Positions 1 through 12,730 of a stretch of 64,000 nucleotides of DNA are shown piece by piece. The notes under the pieces were generated by a model, which saw nothing but the letters and a program-made list of their open reading frames with translations, did no database searches and was not told the DNA's origin. The DNA is from Octopus bimaculoides. Taxonomy: Eukaryota. Made by a program: the position numbers and the translations under genes. The stretch is taken from the NCBI RefSeq assembly GCF_001194135.2, contig NC_068982.1, positions 138,278,964-138,342,963 on the forward strand, read 5' to 3'. Every line of letters begins with the position of its first letter. The stretch's first letter is position 1.

Positions 1-1706
1 ATATATATATATATATATATATATAAATTGAGGTAAGAGGTCAGAAGAGTGTTAGAGGTTACAGCTGTTTCATAATCCACTCTACAGTGATTACTGTTTG
101 CACATCCCAGATTTTCAGTTGCATGATTCTGTCACATTATGTTGGACTTCAATTATCTTTGTTATCTGATAGCTGGGTCTTCGCAGTGCTTACAGTGGGT
201 TTCGCTTGATAACTTGAATCCAATGCTTATATCTCGTGTATATATGTGTGTATATATATTTATATATACATACATGCACACATATATGTATGTGTGTATT
301 TATATTTACCAATTAATTTTGGTGACTTTTGTCCAGTAATTTAATGTTAATAAAACAGCTTTCCCGCCCCTCTTTTCTTCAAGCACAAAGTGGTGTGTGT
401 ATGGGTGTTTTTGCAACAAGGGAGTTCCTGCTCCCCTCTCTCTCTCTCCCCTCTCTCTCTCTCCCCTCTCTCTCTGCATGAGTGTAAAATCACATGTTGT
501 TTGAGAGACGATTGCATTGAATAGTCTTCCATAATGGATAATATACTTTCTTGCTCATTGTCAGTCCCCAATATTTTTTTATGAAACAATGTTTTATGTG
601 TTGTTTGTTATACATTTGACAATTCTTGTTTGTTTGTTTCTTTCTTTTCACTTTCTTTTTTCTTTTCCATTTTTTCTGATTAAAGAAAAAAAAAACAATA
701 AAATTAAATTTCAAAAAGCAAAACAAATCCTGCAAATTGTTTTCTTGGCAGTTCTTTATTTCATATTTATGATGATCAAATATTCATTTTGTTTATAATG
801 TCATACCTCTTTAAGGATGGACAGTGATGCTGTAAAAACCCAGTAGATTAGTTGCATTTATTATTATCATTGTCATTATCCTTAGTTGACTGAAGCAGCA
901 TGAAATGAGATGCCTTGCTCAAGAACACAAGCTGCACTCAGTCATCTCATTGTGGAGGTGCATGGCTTAGTGGTTAGGGTGTTGGACTCACGGTTATAAG
1001 ATTGTGGTTTCAATTCCCGAGCCAGTCGATGCATAGTGTGCTTGAGCAAAACACTTCATTTCCCATTGCTGTGGTCTTCTCAACTGACAAAAATAATCCT
1101 GTAACAGACCAACATCCCACCCAGGAGAAGAATATATGTGCCACAGAAACCAGGAAACCAGCCTTACTAGTCTATATAACTTTGGAAGTCATCATCATCA
1201 TCATTTAACGTCTGCTTTCCATGCTGGTATGGGTTGGATGGTTTGACTGAGAACTGGTGAGCCAGAGGCTGCACCAGGCTCAATCTGATCTGGCAAAATT
1301 TCTACAGCTGGATGTCTTTCCTAACGCCAACCACTCTGAGAGTGTAGTGGGTGCTTTTTACATGCCACCGGCACGAGGGCCAGTCAGGCTGTTCTGGCAA
1401 CGACCACGCTCAAAAGGTGTTTTTATGTGCTACCTGCACAGGAGCTAGTCTGGCAGCACTGGCAACGACCACACTCGAATGTTGTTTTTCACGTGCCACC
1501 GGCACATGTGCCAGTAAGGCAACACTGGCAATGATCATGCTCGAATGGTGATTTTCATGTATCACCAACACGGGGGGCCAATCTGTGGCCCTGGCAACGA
1601 TCATGCTCGGATGTGCTTTCAACATTCCACTGGCACGAGTGCCAATCAGGCAGTACTGTCATTGGTCATGTCAACGATTTTGGTTTGTTTACACTTGCTT
1701 CAATAG

Positions 1707-1790
1707 GTCTTATTTTTTGCGCTTTGGCTTGGAGGAAAGATGGAAGAGAGAAGAGTCCAGGTTTAATTTTAACTACCTTGGGGAATATAG
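1707..1790 (+). CDS. Candidate exon of an unidentified upstream gene
   Basis: cttcaatag|G...ATAG|gtaaat; unique sequence; open as SYFLRFGLEERWKREESRFNFNYLGEY and in a second frame, so the reading frame is ambiguous. Confidence 0.35.
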
Positions 1791-2389
1791 GTAAATATTT
1801 TACTTTCGTTATTTCAACTACCTCCATTAATATAAGAATTTATTTTAATTACTTTTTAAGAAGTAGGTTAAGCAAAATAAACAGAAATGGATTTTCGTCT
1901 GTTGTTATCTTGGGTATAGAATTAATACTGATAACAACTCTACTGATAATAAAGTACAGCAAACTTTGGATTGCATATGTTGTAATTCTATTTTATTATG
2001 TGCAATAAAGATAAAGGATTTCTTTTGACATGGGACAGGATTAGAGAATCAAAGAATATGTCAGAGAATATGGAGACTCTCAGGTGTGAATCATGTCATC
2101 CAACCAACATTCTGCAGTGTCCATGTTCAGAGTACTTAACAATAGTCCAATAATTTCTTAATTCACATTTCTTCTTCTCTTTCTTCTTCTTCTTCTCTTT
2201 CTTCTTTATCTACCTAGTCTTCTCCTCCTCCTCCTCCTTCTACTCCTCTTCTTCTTCTCCTTCTCTTCTCCTCTTCTTCTTTCTTTCTCCTTCTTTCCTT
2301 TCCTTTCCCTTCCTTTCCCTTCCCTTCTCTTCTCTTCTCCTCCTCCCCTCCTCTTCTCCCCCCCTTCTTCTTTTCCTCTTCCTTCTAAG

Positions 2390-2470
2390 GACTTGCTCCC
2401 TTATGTCATTCACCAGTTGTCCTTTGCTCTCCAGAAATTTGACATCAGTAAAATGCTTACATGTATCTGA
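2390..2470 (+). CDS. Candidate terminal exon of the upstream gene
   Basis: Long pyrimidine tract then ctaag|GAC; DLLPYVIHQLSFALQKFDISKMLTCI*; other frames are also briefly open. Confidence 0.3.
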   Translation, partial: DLLPYVIHQLSFALQKFDISKMLTCI

Positions 2471-3856
2471 TTGAAAATATTTCTGGCTAACTTGTCTGCA
2501 CATGGACTTCACCTGTTTTGTTCACATGAGCTGCTAAGAAGAAATGTGCTTTGTTTATTATAGTGAAGGCAACCAAACTTGGAAAATGGATTTATGAATA
2601 AATACGTTCAGTTTATAGTAAAGTCAGTGCTAACATATTTGATGTAATGAACCAAGGTACATGACGGTTGTTGGTAAAGGATTTGAATTAGAAAAGTGTG
2701 ACTGAGAGGCTGAAGTTACATGACAGTTGTTGGTAGGGAGATTGAATACAATCGAATCAATATAACCAAAATAGAAGAGGTAGATTAGTAGGAGAGGTGC
2801 AGTACATGAGGATCATGGGAGTAAGAAGATGATTGAAGAGAGTGAGAGAAGCTATAGGATGGCTGGTTGATGGTAGAAGGAGTAATGGAAGAGATACAAC
2901 TATAAGGTCGAAATGGCAAATAAAGATACATAAAAGCAGGGGAAGCAACTGGACCATCAGAGAAAGTAGAAAAGGGACCAAGTCACTTGCACAGTTAACC
3001 AAGTATTTCATGAATGAGTCATTCCCTTTGGCTAGTGTATTAGCATTATCATCATCAACTACTACTACTACTTCAACAGTAAAGCATATGTTCTTGAACG
3101 GAACAACAAGAAAAAGTTGTCAAATTGGGGGATTATGTTATGAAAGTAACAGAAAGTGTTATGGCACAACTGATTAAGAAGAAAATTAATTCAGATGAGC
3201 TGCAGCTTGTGTCGGGACAGGGACCACTGTGACTGTCTCCTTAGTTTGATTCCAAGTAGTGAATAATAATAATAATAATAATAATAAGAGGTGTTACCTT
3301 AGTTCACTGGTAGGGAACAGCTGACACTGTAGTACATCTCCAGCGTTAGAAGCTGTGCAAAGGCAATAATAATAATAATAATGTTTAGTGTATCATCATC
3401 ATCATCATCGTTTAACGTCCACTTTCCATGCTAGCATGGGTTGGATGATTTGACTGAGGACTGGTGGATCAGGTGGCTACACCAGGCTCCAATCTGATTT
3501 GGCAGAATTTCTACAGCTGGATGCCCTTCCTAACACCAACCACTCTACAGGCGGTACTGGCAATGGCCACGCTCAGAATGGTGTATTTTACGTGCCAGTC
3601 CAGCGGCACAGGCTTTAAAAAGAATAAGCATTAGGGTAAATTTATTTGACCTTTCAAGGTATTGCCCCTGCATGACCACAATCAAATGACTGAGACAAGT
3701 AAAGGCAAAAATGAAAAAAAAGGTACTCATTTACCTTGGTGACCTGATGAGCAGTAGAAGAGAGTGTTCGAAAAGCACAGAGTAAGAATAAGAAATAAGA
3801 ATAAGATCATATAGTTATTATTTCTGTTAAAGTACTCTTCCATATTTTTGGAATGA

Positions 3857-4130
3857 GGAATTATGTACATTATTTACATTAGACAGATAGGTGTCCTCAT
3901 CTTGTTTGTAGTTACCATAATGTTTCGGTTGATGTACTCTCCAGCCTTCATCAGGTGTTCTGTTAGAATTTCGAACCTAACCCTCCATTTTTCTACGCTG
4001 TTCTCATTCCTAAGGTATGTTGCTGATGTTATTTTTCTGTTGATATTATTTTTCGGGTCCCTCCCTGGGATTGAACTTAGAATCCGAGAGTTAGTAGCTG
4101 GCACTCTTATCCACTACGCTATATGCCTGT
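3857..4130 (-). mobile_element. tRNA-headed SINE-like element carrying a degenerate minimal hammerhead motif
   Basis: Minus strand: box A TAGCGTAGTGG, box B GTTCAATCC, then ACAC-CTGATGA-A-GGCTG..CAACC-GAAAC (3915-3959) and tail GATGAGGACA...AATGTAAATAATGTA. Confidence 0.65.
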
Positions 4131-4478
4131 GGGCATAATTTCCTATGGGCCTATAATAAGGTAATAAAACGATTCAGTTTCTGAGTAAAGAGCAGATTGT
4201 ATGATACTTGTGTATGAAGTGTGTTGCTGCATGGTAGCAAAATATGGCCATGAAGTGAGGAGAATCTGCAAGAGAAAGAAACCTGCAGAAGCCGAAGACC
4301 AAGAAAGACATGGAAAGAAGTTGTGAAAGACGATTTCAAGAAGTTGAACCTCATGAAGATGATAAGATACTGGAAACATGTGGTGAGATGCTGTGTTAGA
4401 GAAGAGCCGTTCAACACAAGCAAACATGGAAATGATGAATGCAAAATACTAGTGGTGATAATACATTTTTGTATACAT

Positions 4479-4856
4479 GGGCGCAGGAATGGCTGTGCAG
4501 TAAGTAGCTTGCTTACGAACCACATGGTTCCGGGTTCAGTCCCACTGCGTGGCACCTTGGGCAAGTGTCTTCTACTATAGCCTCGGGCCGACCAAAGCCT
4601 TGTGAGTAGATTTGGTAGACGGAAACTGGAAGAAGTCCGTCGTATATATGTATATATGTGTGTGTTTGTCCCCCCAACATCGGTTGACAACCGATGCTGG
4701 TGTGTTTACGTCACTGTAAACACACCAGCATCGAGACCAAAGAGACCGATAGAATAGTACTAGGCTTACAAAGAATAAGTCCTGGGGTCGATATGCTCGA
4801 CTAAAGGCGGTGCTCCAGCATGGCCGCAGTCAAATGACTGAAACAAGTAAAAGAGT
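4479..4856 (+). mobile_element. SINE family A (tRNA head, CORE-like body), near full length
   Basis: ggcgcaggaatggctgtg...ggttcagtccc...ccttgggcaag...ggtgctccagcatggccgcagtcaaatgactgaaacaagtaaaagag. More copies near 9887-10291(-), 12535-12958(+), 13360-13762(-), 17050-17458(-), 18494(+), 24314-24690(+), 25147(+), 26662-27071(-), 27995-28375(-), 34975(-), 40300(-), 49510-49830(-), 56606(+), 59243(+), 62070-62325(+). Confidence 0.85.
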
Positions 4857-4896
4857 ATATATATTAGGGACACATATACGTGTATATACACACACA

Positions 4897-4928
<32 letters not shown>

Positions 4929-5110
4929 NNNNNNNNNNNNNNNTGTGTGTATATATATATATATATATAGGTTTGCGATCTGACGATACGCTGTAAAGAT
5001 AAGCGCTGTAGGGACGTGAAACCCAGGGAAATTCCATAAACCGGCCTTATCTAAATATATATATATATATATATATATATGACATATATATATATGGTCT
5101 CTTAGACTCA

Positions 5111-5327
5111 CGAGGGGATGCTGAAAAGTTCCTGGCTTTGAGTAAAAGAAAATACAGGAGGATTAGTTACTTATGATTTTATTCAACATATTCCCCTCTC
5201 AGATTCACACTCTAATTGTAGCGGTCCTTCGTGTTTTCTAAGTCCTGTAGAAGAATTCGGAAGGTTGGGCCGCCAACCAGGCCTTTCGCATCCTCCTTAA
5301 AGCCGAAAGCTTTTCAGCACGCCCTCG
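5111..5327. mobile_element. Mariner-type MITE
   Basis: Terminal inverted repeats cgaggggatgctgaaaagt / gcttttcagcacgccctcg followed by TA. Confidence 0.75.
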
Positions 5328-5448
5328 TACATGCACATACATAGATCTGTAAGCATATATATATTTATAAGACATACATACAAAAATATACCTACACATC
5401 TATTTACATTTACGCACATATATGTACACACACACACATATATATATA

Positions 5449-5575
5449 CAAGGTGTCCACAAAGTCTGGGTACATGGGGATTAACACATACTTTAAGAAA
5501 TTATTATCTCTTATATTTAATGGTTTATGTTATGATTTTATTTACTCCATGTACCCAGACCTTGTGGACATCCTG
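5449..5575. mobile_element. Tc1-type MITE (127 bp)
   Basis: TA|caaggtgtccacaaagtctgggtacatgg ... ccatgtacccagaccttgtggacatcctg|TA. Confidence 0.8.
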
Positions 5576-5800
5576 TATATGGTCACTCATAAATACACAA
5601 ACATATGTATCTACACGTATTTTTAAACATATATCTACATAAACACTCCACCACCGTATATATGTGAGTGTTTATATATATATATATATATATATAAATT
5701 CAATAATAGGATAGAATCTTTTACAAGAATTTTATCAAAGAACTAGCGTGAAAAACTCATAAGGGAAAAATCCATCATTATTCCCTAGAATATGTTTATT

Positions 5801-5927
5801 TATATTTATATAAGGGCATTACTATAGAAGAATGCCTCACGCTAAACTACCATAATAAATACATTGTGTTTATTATGGTAGTTTGGCGTGAGGCATTCTT
5901 CTATAGTAATGCCCTTATATAAATATA
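5801..5927. repeat. Near-perfect 62-bp-stem hairpin with 3-nt loop
   Basis: Arms pair fully except two T.G pairs; loop att. Confidence 0.9.
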
Positions 5928-6562
5928 TATATCTCCAGTATTTTTGCTCCTTTTANNNNNNNNNNNNNNNNNNNNNNNNNNNNNNNNNNNNNNNNNNNNN
6001 NNNNNNNNNNNNNNNNNNNNNNNNNNNNNNNNNNNNNNNNNNNNNNNNNNNNNNNNNNNNNNNNNNNNNNNNNNNNNNNNNNNNNNNNNNNNNNNNNNNN
6101 NNNNNNNNNNNNNNNNNNNNNNNNNNNNNNNNNNNNNNNNNNNNNNNNNNNNNNNNNNNNNNNNNNNNNNNNNNNNNNNNNNNNNNNNNNNNNNNNNNNN
6201 NNNNNNNNNNNNNNNNNNNNNNNNNNNNNNNNNNNNNNNNNNNNNNNNNNNNNNNNNNNNNNNNNNNNNNNNNNNNNNNNNNNNNNNNNNNNNNNNNNNN
6301 NNNNNNNNNNNNNNNNNNNNNNNNNNNNNNNNNNNNNNNNNNNNNNNNNNNNNNNNNNNNNNNNNNNNNNNNNNNNNNNNNNNNNNNNNNNNNNNNNNNN
6401 NNNNNNNNNNNNNNNNNNNNNNNNNNNNNNNNNNNNNNNNNNNNNNNNNNNNNNNNNNNNNNNNNNNNNNNNNNNNNNNNNNNNNNNNNNNNNNNNNNNN
6501 NNNNNNNNNNNNNNNNNNNNNNNNNNNNNNNNNNNNNNNNNNNNNNNNNNNNNNNNNNNNNN

Positions 6563-6610
<48 letters not shown>

Positions 6611-6899
6611 GATTTGTATACATGATGTATGTTATGATAGACTAGTCTTTAGCATGTATTGTTATGGTAAATTATTTAATGTTGGGAAAAAGTTAAATGA
6701 TCAACTGATAATTGATATTTTAATTTATATTTACTGAAGATCCTCCTTGTATAATTCATTCCTAAAACTTCTTTTCACACGTACATACACACATACATGT
6801 ATGTATGTATTCTAAATGTATGTAATGCATGTGTAGATTAACTTATTTACAGTTTATTTGGAATATACTATGATTTATTTAATCCGTCATAAAGCCCGG

Positions 6900-9200
6900 T
6901 CTTGTTTAATTTAAGATGCTGTTGAAGAATGTTAAATCGAATCTGGTATATTGGTTGATTACTTTATTTTATCGATCACACCGGAAGGACGAAGAGTACA
7001 GGATTTGAACTCCGAACATCAAGGGTCGTCATTTAATATCACAAATAATTTTATCTTATGCTCTTACGACTCTACTGACCCTTGAAATATACCCACACCC
7101 TTCCAGAAAACAAGGCTAAAATAAAAGAACCTGCAATATCGGTTTAAAAAGTCCGTGTTTACAAACATAAACGAAAGTTTGGATGACCACCCCTCCCGTC
7201 TGGTAACTTACATATTTGTTGTGTTCGTCTGTAGAGAGGAAAAATGGGATGTTGGTAGGGAACTATACTCGTTGTTTTTGGTAGAACAGACAGGCAATAT
7301 GATCATTAATTAGATTACAATAATCCTCCAGCTGACATTGATAAAACCCAACACCAATGGGGTTAATAATGTTGCAGTTGAAAGTAACACAAGGGGAACC
7401 GTGTTCGCTCGACCGGCTAGAAGAAATAGCAGTTAAATCTACTTCTAATTACATCCTTCTCTCTTTAGAAATCATCTTGGATACTGCGACTGAAAGACAG
7501 GATTTATCATATGGTCGTGGCCGGAACGCCTTTGATCATCGCTGACCTTTGGCTAAATGTCATAATTACCGAATTATTGTGATTATGTTAAATTAACGAT
7601 GTTTGTTATAAAATTTAATTACGTTTCATAACAACACCGACGATGTCCGTTGCTTACAACAAACTAAAACATGTTTTACCGCTTTCTATTCATTCTTCGT
7701 ATAAATATATGATTTATTTGTGTTCTGTGTTAAAGTCTTCGATTATGTGCAGTTCCTGGATAGAGAGCAGCAGTAATTGCTAATAAATGGGCCCCAGATG
7801 GAAGACGTATGAATAAATCACCACAAGAAATATTCAAAATAGGTACAAGAAATATGATCTTTAACAAATATTTCTGACTTGGGTGAATAACATGTGATGT
7901 TTATTGCCTTTTCCAACACCATAAACATTTTTTCTAGTAATGTAGAATGATTTTTATCGACAAGGTTCGTACAATATTGTTAATAAATCCGGGCCAGTTG
8001 TGGAGTGTATGCCCTTCACCACTGCTATCAACAATTTTTAATTACTCAGTATTTTTAGTAATTAACGTTAAATACATATCATTTATGCATCGGTTGTTGG
8101 TATGTACATGTAATGTATGTGATGTATTGCCAGCAGAACAAAATATAAATGAAACTAAAAACGGTTTATATATCGTTCTTTATCAAAAGACCTTTCTCCT
8201 TAGTTTATAAACCTGGGGTAGAGGGTAACATTAAAAAAAAAATCATGGGTCCATGCTAACTGGCCCATATACCTCGTTCCCTGTGTTCTGATCTGCTTAC
8301 GGGAAATCGAAACCGAGTCGCGTTGTCTGTTCCTAGAAAGCTACTCCTCTAGGGCTATCGTCTTCATTTGAAAGAATTTATCTTGACAAGAGTCAAGTTG
8401 TTTAACCCCAGGTCAGCCTTGATTGCGCAATCACTCATATAATCAAAGACATTCGAGCTGCGGCCATTCCTTCTTTCTTATGAATATATGTAAGATTACG
8501 TTTTGTAACATATCCTTTCCTTTTGAGACGGCAGAGTGATTCGAGGGATATTTAGGAGCTATTTTTAGGAAATCGAACGTCCACATACAGACTCTTGCTG
8601 GCTCGTCTGTAGAGGAGTCATGTACGCGTGGCAGAATTGGTTATTGTGTGTGTGTGGGGGGATTCTTACATTTCTCAAGGATATTACTAGTATATATAAA
8701 CTAGTTTCAGTGGTTAACCATTCGCAATTAAGATCTATACGAGTTTATAATTCTGAATATGTCCACATTTATGATCATATATATGTGTGTTCACACAGAT
8801 ATATACTTTGAATATATGTAATTTAATTATAAAACACTAACTGCATTTACACACACATCCTTCCACGAGCGAATCAATAAGGGCAACAACCTCTATGCGG
8901 TGGTCGACCTCCTAGAAATAACGGCCAAATTCCTGCTATCAAAAATTAAATAATTCCATAATGCAGTCGTGGTTGGTTAGCCCTCGCTAGAACGTTTTTG
9001 CCGTCTTTCATCATTAAGGCCTGCTCAAATCAGAACTGACCTCATGTTAAACATCAACATTGATTTCTTACAATCAGCTGGAACTAGAATCGACCCAAAA
9101 CTAAATGCAGTTTTTTCTTCTTCATATTATTATTGATGATTTTTAATGGAATTTGAAATATTCTTGTTTCTTTCTCATTGTCGTCGTCTCAACATTTTTA
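6900..9200. promoter_or_regulatory. Relatively CpG-rich unique region; probable TXNDC11 promoter / first-exon zone
   Basis: By eye CG dinucleotides are more frequent here than in the gene body; lies upstream of the first mapped exon; not quantified. Confidence 0.3.
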
Positions 9201-9334
9201 GCAAATCGTGTCACTACCATTGCTTTATCTATCTATCTATCTATCTACCAGTATGTATGTACATATATATATAATCATAAATATATAGGGATTGACAGTA
9301 ACCTGCTTCTCCAACATACTGAGAATTCTGCATA

Positions 9335-9367
<33 letters not shown>

Positions 9368-12300
9368 NNNNNNNNNNNNNNNNNNNNNNNNNNNNNNNNN
9401 NNNNNNNNNNNNNNNNNNNNNNNNNNNNNNNNNNNNNNNNNNNNNNNNNNNNNNNNNNNNNNNNNNNNNNNNNNNNNNNNNNNNNNNNNNNNNNNNNNNN
9501 NNNNNNNNNNNNNNNNNNNNNNNNNNNNNNNNNNNNNNNNNNNNNNNNNNNNNNNNNNNNNNNNNNNNNNNNNNNNNNNNNNNNNNNNNNNNNNNNNNNN
9601 NNNNNNNNNNNNNNNNNNNNNNNNNNNNNNNNNNNNNNNNNNNNNNNNNNNNNNNNNNNNNNNNNNNNNNNNNNNNNNNNNNNNNNNNNNNNNTGAAAAG
9701 ACTTTAGTGAAAATAATGCTTCAAACCGTTACATTGCTCAAAATACTCCCGGCCGTCTGACGATCAGTTTTAAGAAACTCTGAATAACAGTTTGTGAAGT
9801 CTTTTCCGTTTCAATGCAACACTATTTTACTCTCTCTCTTTGCCTTGTTTTGCACCTCTGTGCTCGCTTGTGTGTGCCTGCGTGTATCTTTTACTCTTTT
9901 ACTTGTTTCAGTCATTTGATTGCGGCCATGCTGGAGCACCGCCTTTAGTCGAGTCGAATCAAATCGACCCCAGGACTTATTCTTTGTAAGCCTAGTACTT
10001 TTCAATCGGTCCCTTTTGCCGAACCGCTAAGTTACGGGGACGTAAACACGCAAGCATTGGTTGTCAAGCGATGCTGGAGTGACAAACACAGATACACAAC
10101 ATATACACACATATATATATACATATATACGACGGGCTTCTTTCAGTTTCCGTCTATCAAATTCATTCACAAGGCTTTGGTCTGCCCGAGGCTATAGTAG
10201 AAGACACTTGCCCAAGGTGCCACGCAGTGGGACTGAACCCGGAACCATGTGGTTGGTAAGCAAGCTACTTACCACACAGCCACTCCTGCGCTTGTATCTA
10301 TCTACTTATTCATTTTCTTGCTTCGATCATTGGACTACGGTCAGTACCTATTCGATCGAACTCCTTTTGCTGAACCGCTAATTTGCGGGGACGTAAAAAA
10401 ACCAACACCGTCGCCGTTTTTTCAGACTATGGGAGACAATACAAGCTTGACATACACACGCATCTCAGCTTTTAATCTGCTAAAATGTATTGAGTTATTC
10501 TTCAGTTTAAAGTTAAACTGTTTTTATATAACCCAGCATAGAAATAACCCCCCCCCCCCACGCACACACTTATGTGACTGGGTTTTGTCTACCAAATTCA
10601 CATGTCTTGTGGTTTTAGTGGACCTCCAAGGTGCTGAGTTAGAGGACTGAAAACCAAACTGTAGTTATCCTAACCACGAAACCATGACAGTATCCCCTCT
10701 CTCTACACGTGTGTGTATGTGTGATCCCTGCCCAGAGAATGTCCTTTAAAATTCCCGTTTCTGTAAACGTATTTTGAAAACAGTAAACGAAATGAACAAA
10801 TTCCAAGGAAAATAAGGATGGTCTGTAGTGATAAAAAATAGCTCTTTAACCCCACTTAACGACAATCTTGACACTCTATCTGTGTTGTTTTACTCAGTTC
10901 ACACGACACATGGAGATTATTGCACCAGTTGCCTGTATATATGTATTTGTGTTCTACCGAACGAGCAGACTTCTCATTTAAGACGTTCCACTCGTGTCCA
11001 CTCTCTTTTTTATTTTGTATACGATACAACATCGTCGCTTTAATGTGTCCCATTAGGATGTTTATTTCAGGCTGGTTTGGCTGCTATTTCTAGATAGCCG
11101 AGAGACTACATAGAAGTTCTTTAGTTAGTTCATGCACATTTATGTCATTGCTGTTTAACCCTGAGTTACCTCTGAGTGAACAGGCTTGTACTTAACGACA
11201 TTCCAACCACAACCATCACGTCGTTTTTCTACTTTTTTCTTCTATCTGCTAGAGAGCCCTGGACTATATTAACCTAAAACATATTGGTTAATGTGTGTAT
11301 TTTTTAAAGACACTAAAGTTTTGATCCAACAGAGCTTTGATTGGTATTTCTAGCACCACGTGGCCAATAAGAGCTCTCCCCTCCATGATTGCTCGCATTG
11401 TATATATTGTTTGTGTGTATATTTGACATGTGTTTGTTAATGATTGGCATTTTCACATCAGCTGACCACACACATTGTAAGAAACGACACGATACCGGTT
11501 TTTTTTTTGTTTTCTCCTCCCCACCCGCTTCTCCTACACCCGACCATCTATGCATGCATGCGTGTGTAAACGTGTTTGTTTAATCGATTCTTAAGCACAA
11601 TTCTCCCTATTAACTTGCTCTCTCGTAGTATTTTTATTGCTTTCTATATTTAATCATTTAATTTTGCTTACGCAAATTGTAAATCACTCTAATATCGATA
11701 TGTCCTTTCATCCAAATATAATTTCATGATTTTGTGTTAATTAATTATGTAAACGTTGGGCAGTGGGTTGGCAAAATCGCTAATGCAAATCGAAATAAAT
11801 ACCACAAAGCATTTAATCAACCTTTAACAGCTGGGCCTCATGGAGGCAATGACCGAGACCTTTAGCATTTTGTTGTGTTTCAGAAGAAGACCCATCGAGC
11901 CGAGCAAAATCGCAGTCGTGGCAGATACTGGTTTCACCCAAATTGGCATCTGTGCTGGTGGCACATAAAAACACCCCGGGTCTCACGCAAATGGCACCCG
12001 TGCCGGTGGCACGTAAAAGCACCCATTACACTCTTTGAGTGGTTGGCTTTAGGAAGGGCATCCGGCCGTCATAAACGATGCCAGAAAACCATGGAGTCTG
12101 GTGCAGCCTTCTAGCGTGCCAGCCTGGTCAAACCGTCCAACCCATGTCAGCATGGACAACAGACGTTAAATGATGATGGTGATGATGATGATGAATGGTC
12201 TGAGTTCAAATCTCACTGTGGTCAATTTTGTCTTTCATTCTCCTGGAGTCAATAAAATAAAATACATGTTAAAATACCGGCTTTGATTTAACCCCCTTCC

Positions 12301-12694
12301 CTGTCACTTTTGTACTTTGTCTTTTACTTGCTGCAGTCATTAGACAGAGGTCATGCTGGAGCATCACTTTCAAGAGTTTAAGTCAGTCAAAAGACACCAA
12401 TATTTCTTTGAAGTCTGCTACTTATTCTATCATTCTCTTTTGCCGGACTGCTAAGTTACAGGGACTTAAGCATCAATACCTATTGTTTAACAATGAGTGG
12501 TAAGTACGCATGTCACTTGCGTACATACATACATGCGCAGGAGTGACTGCGTGGTAAGAAGCTTGCTTACCAACCACATGGTCCTGGGTTCAGTCCCACT
12601 GTGTGGCACCTTAGGTAAGTGTCTTCTACTGTAGCTTCGAGCTGACCAAAGCCTTGTGAGTAGATTTGGTAGACAGAAACTGAAAGAAGCCTGT

Positions 12695-12730
<36 letters not shown>

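Noticed and set aside
3735-3790. Plus-strand CTGATGA...GAAA near 3744
   Set aside because: No proper helix II, no GAAAC/NUH triplet and no helix I partner, so not a credible hammerhead.
5888-6645. ORFs of 100-245 aa spanning N runs (also 9153, 23767, 42841, 54446)
   Set aside because: Their length comes from unsequenced gaps.
7195-7300. Minus-strand donor (AAATAT|gtaagt at 7212) suggesting a divergent gene
   Set aside because: No compatible downstream minus-strand exon could be supported.
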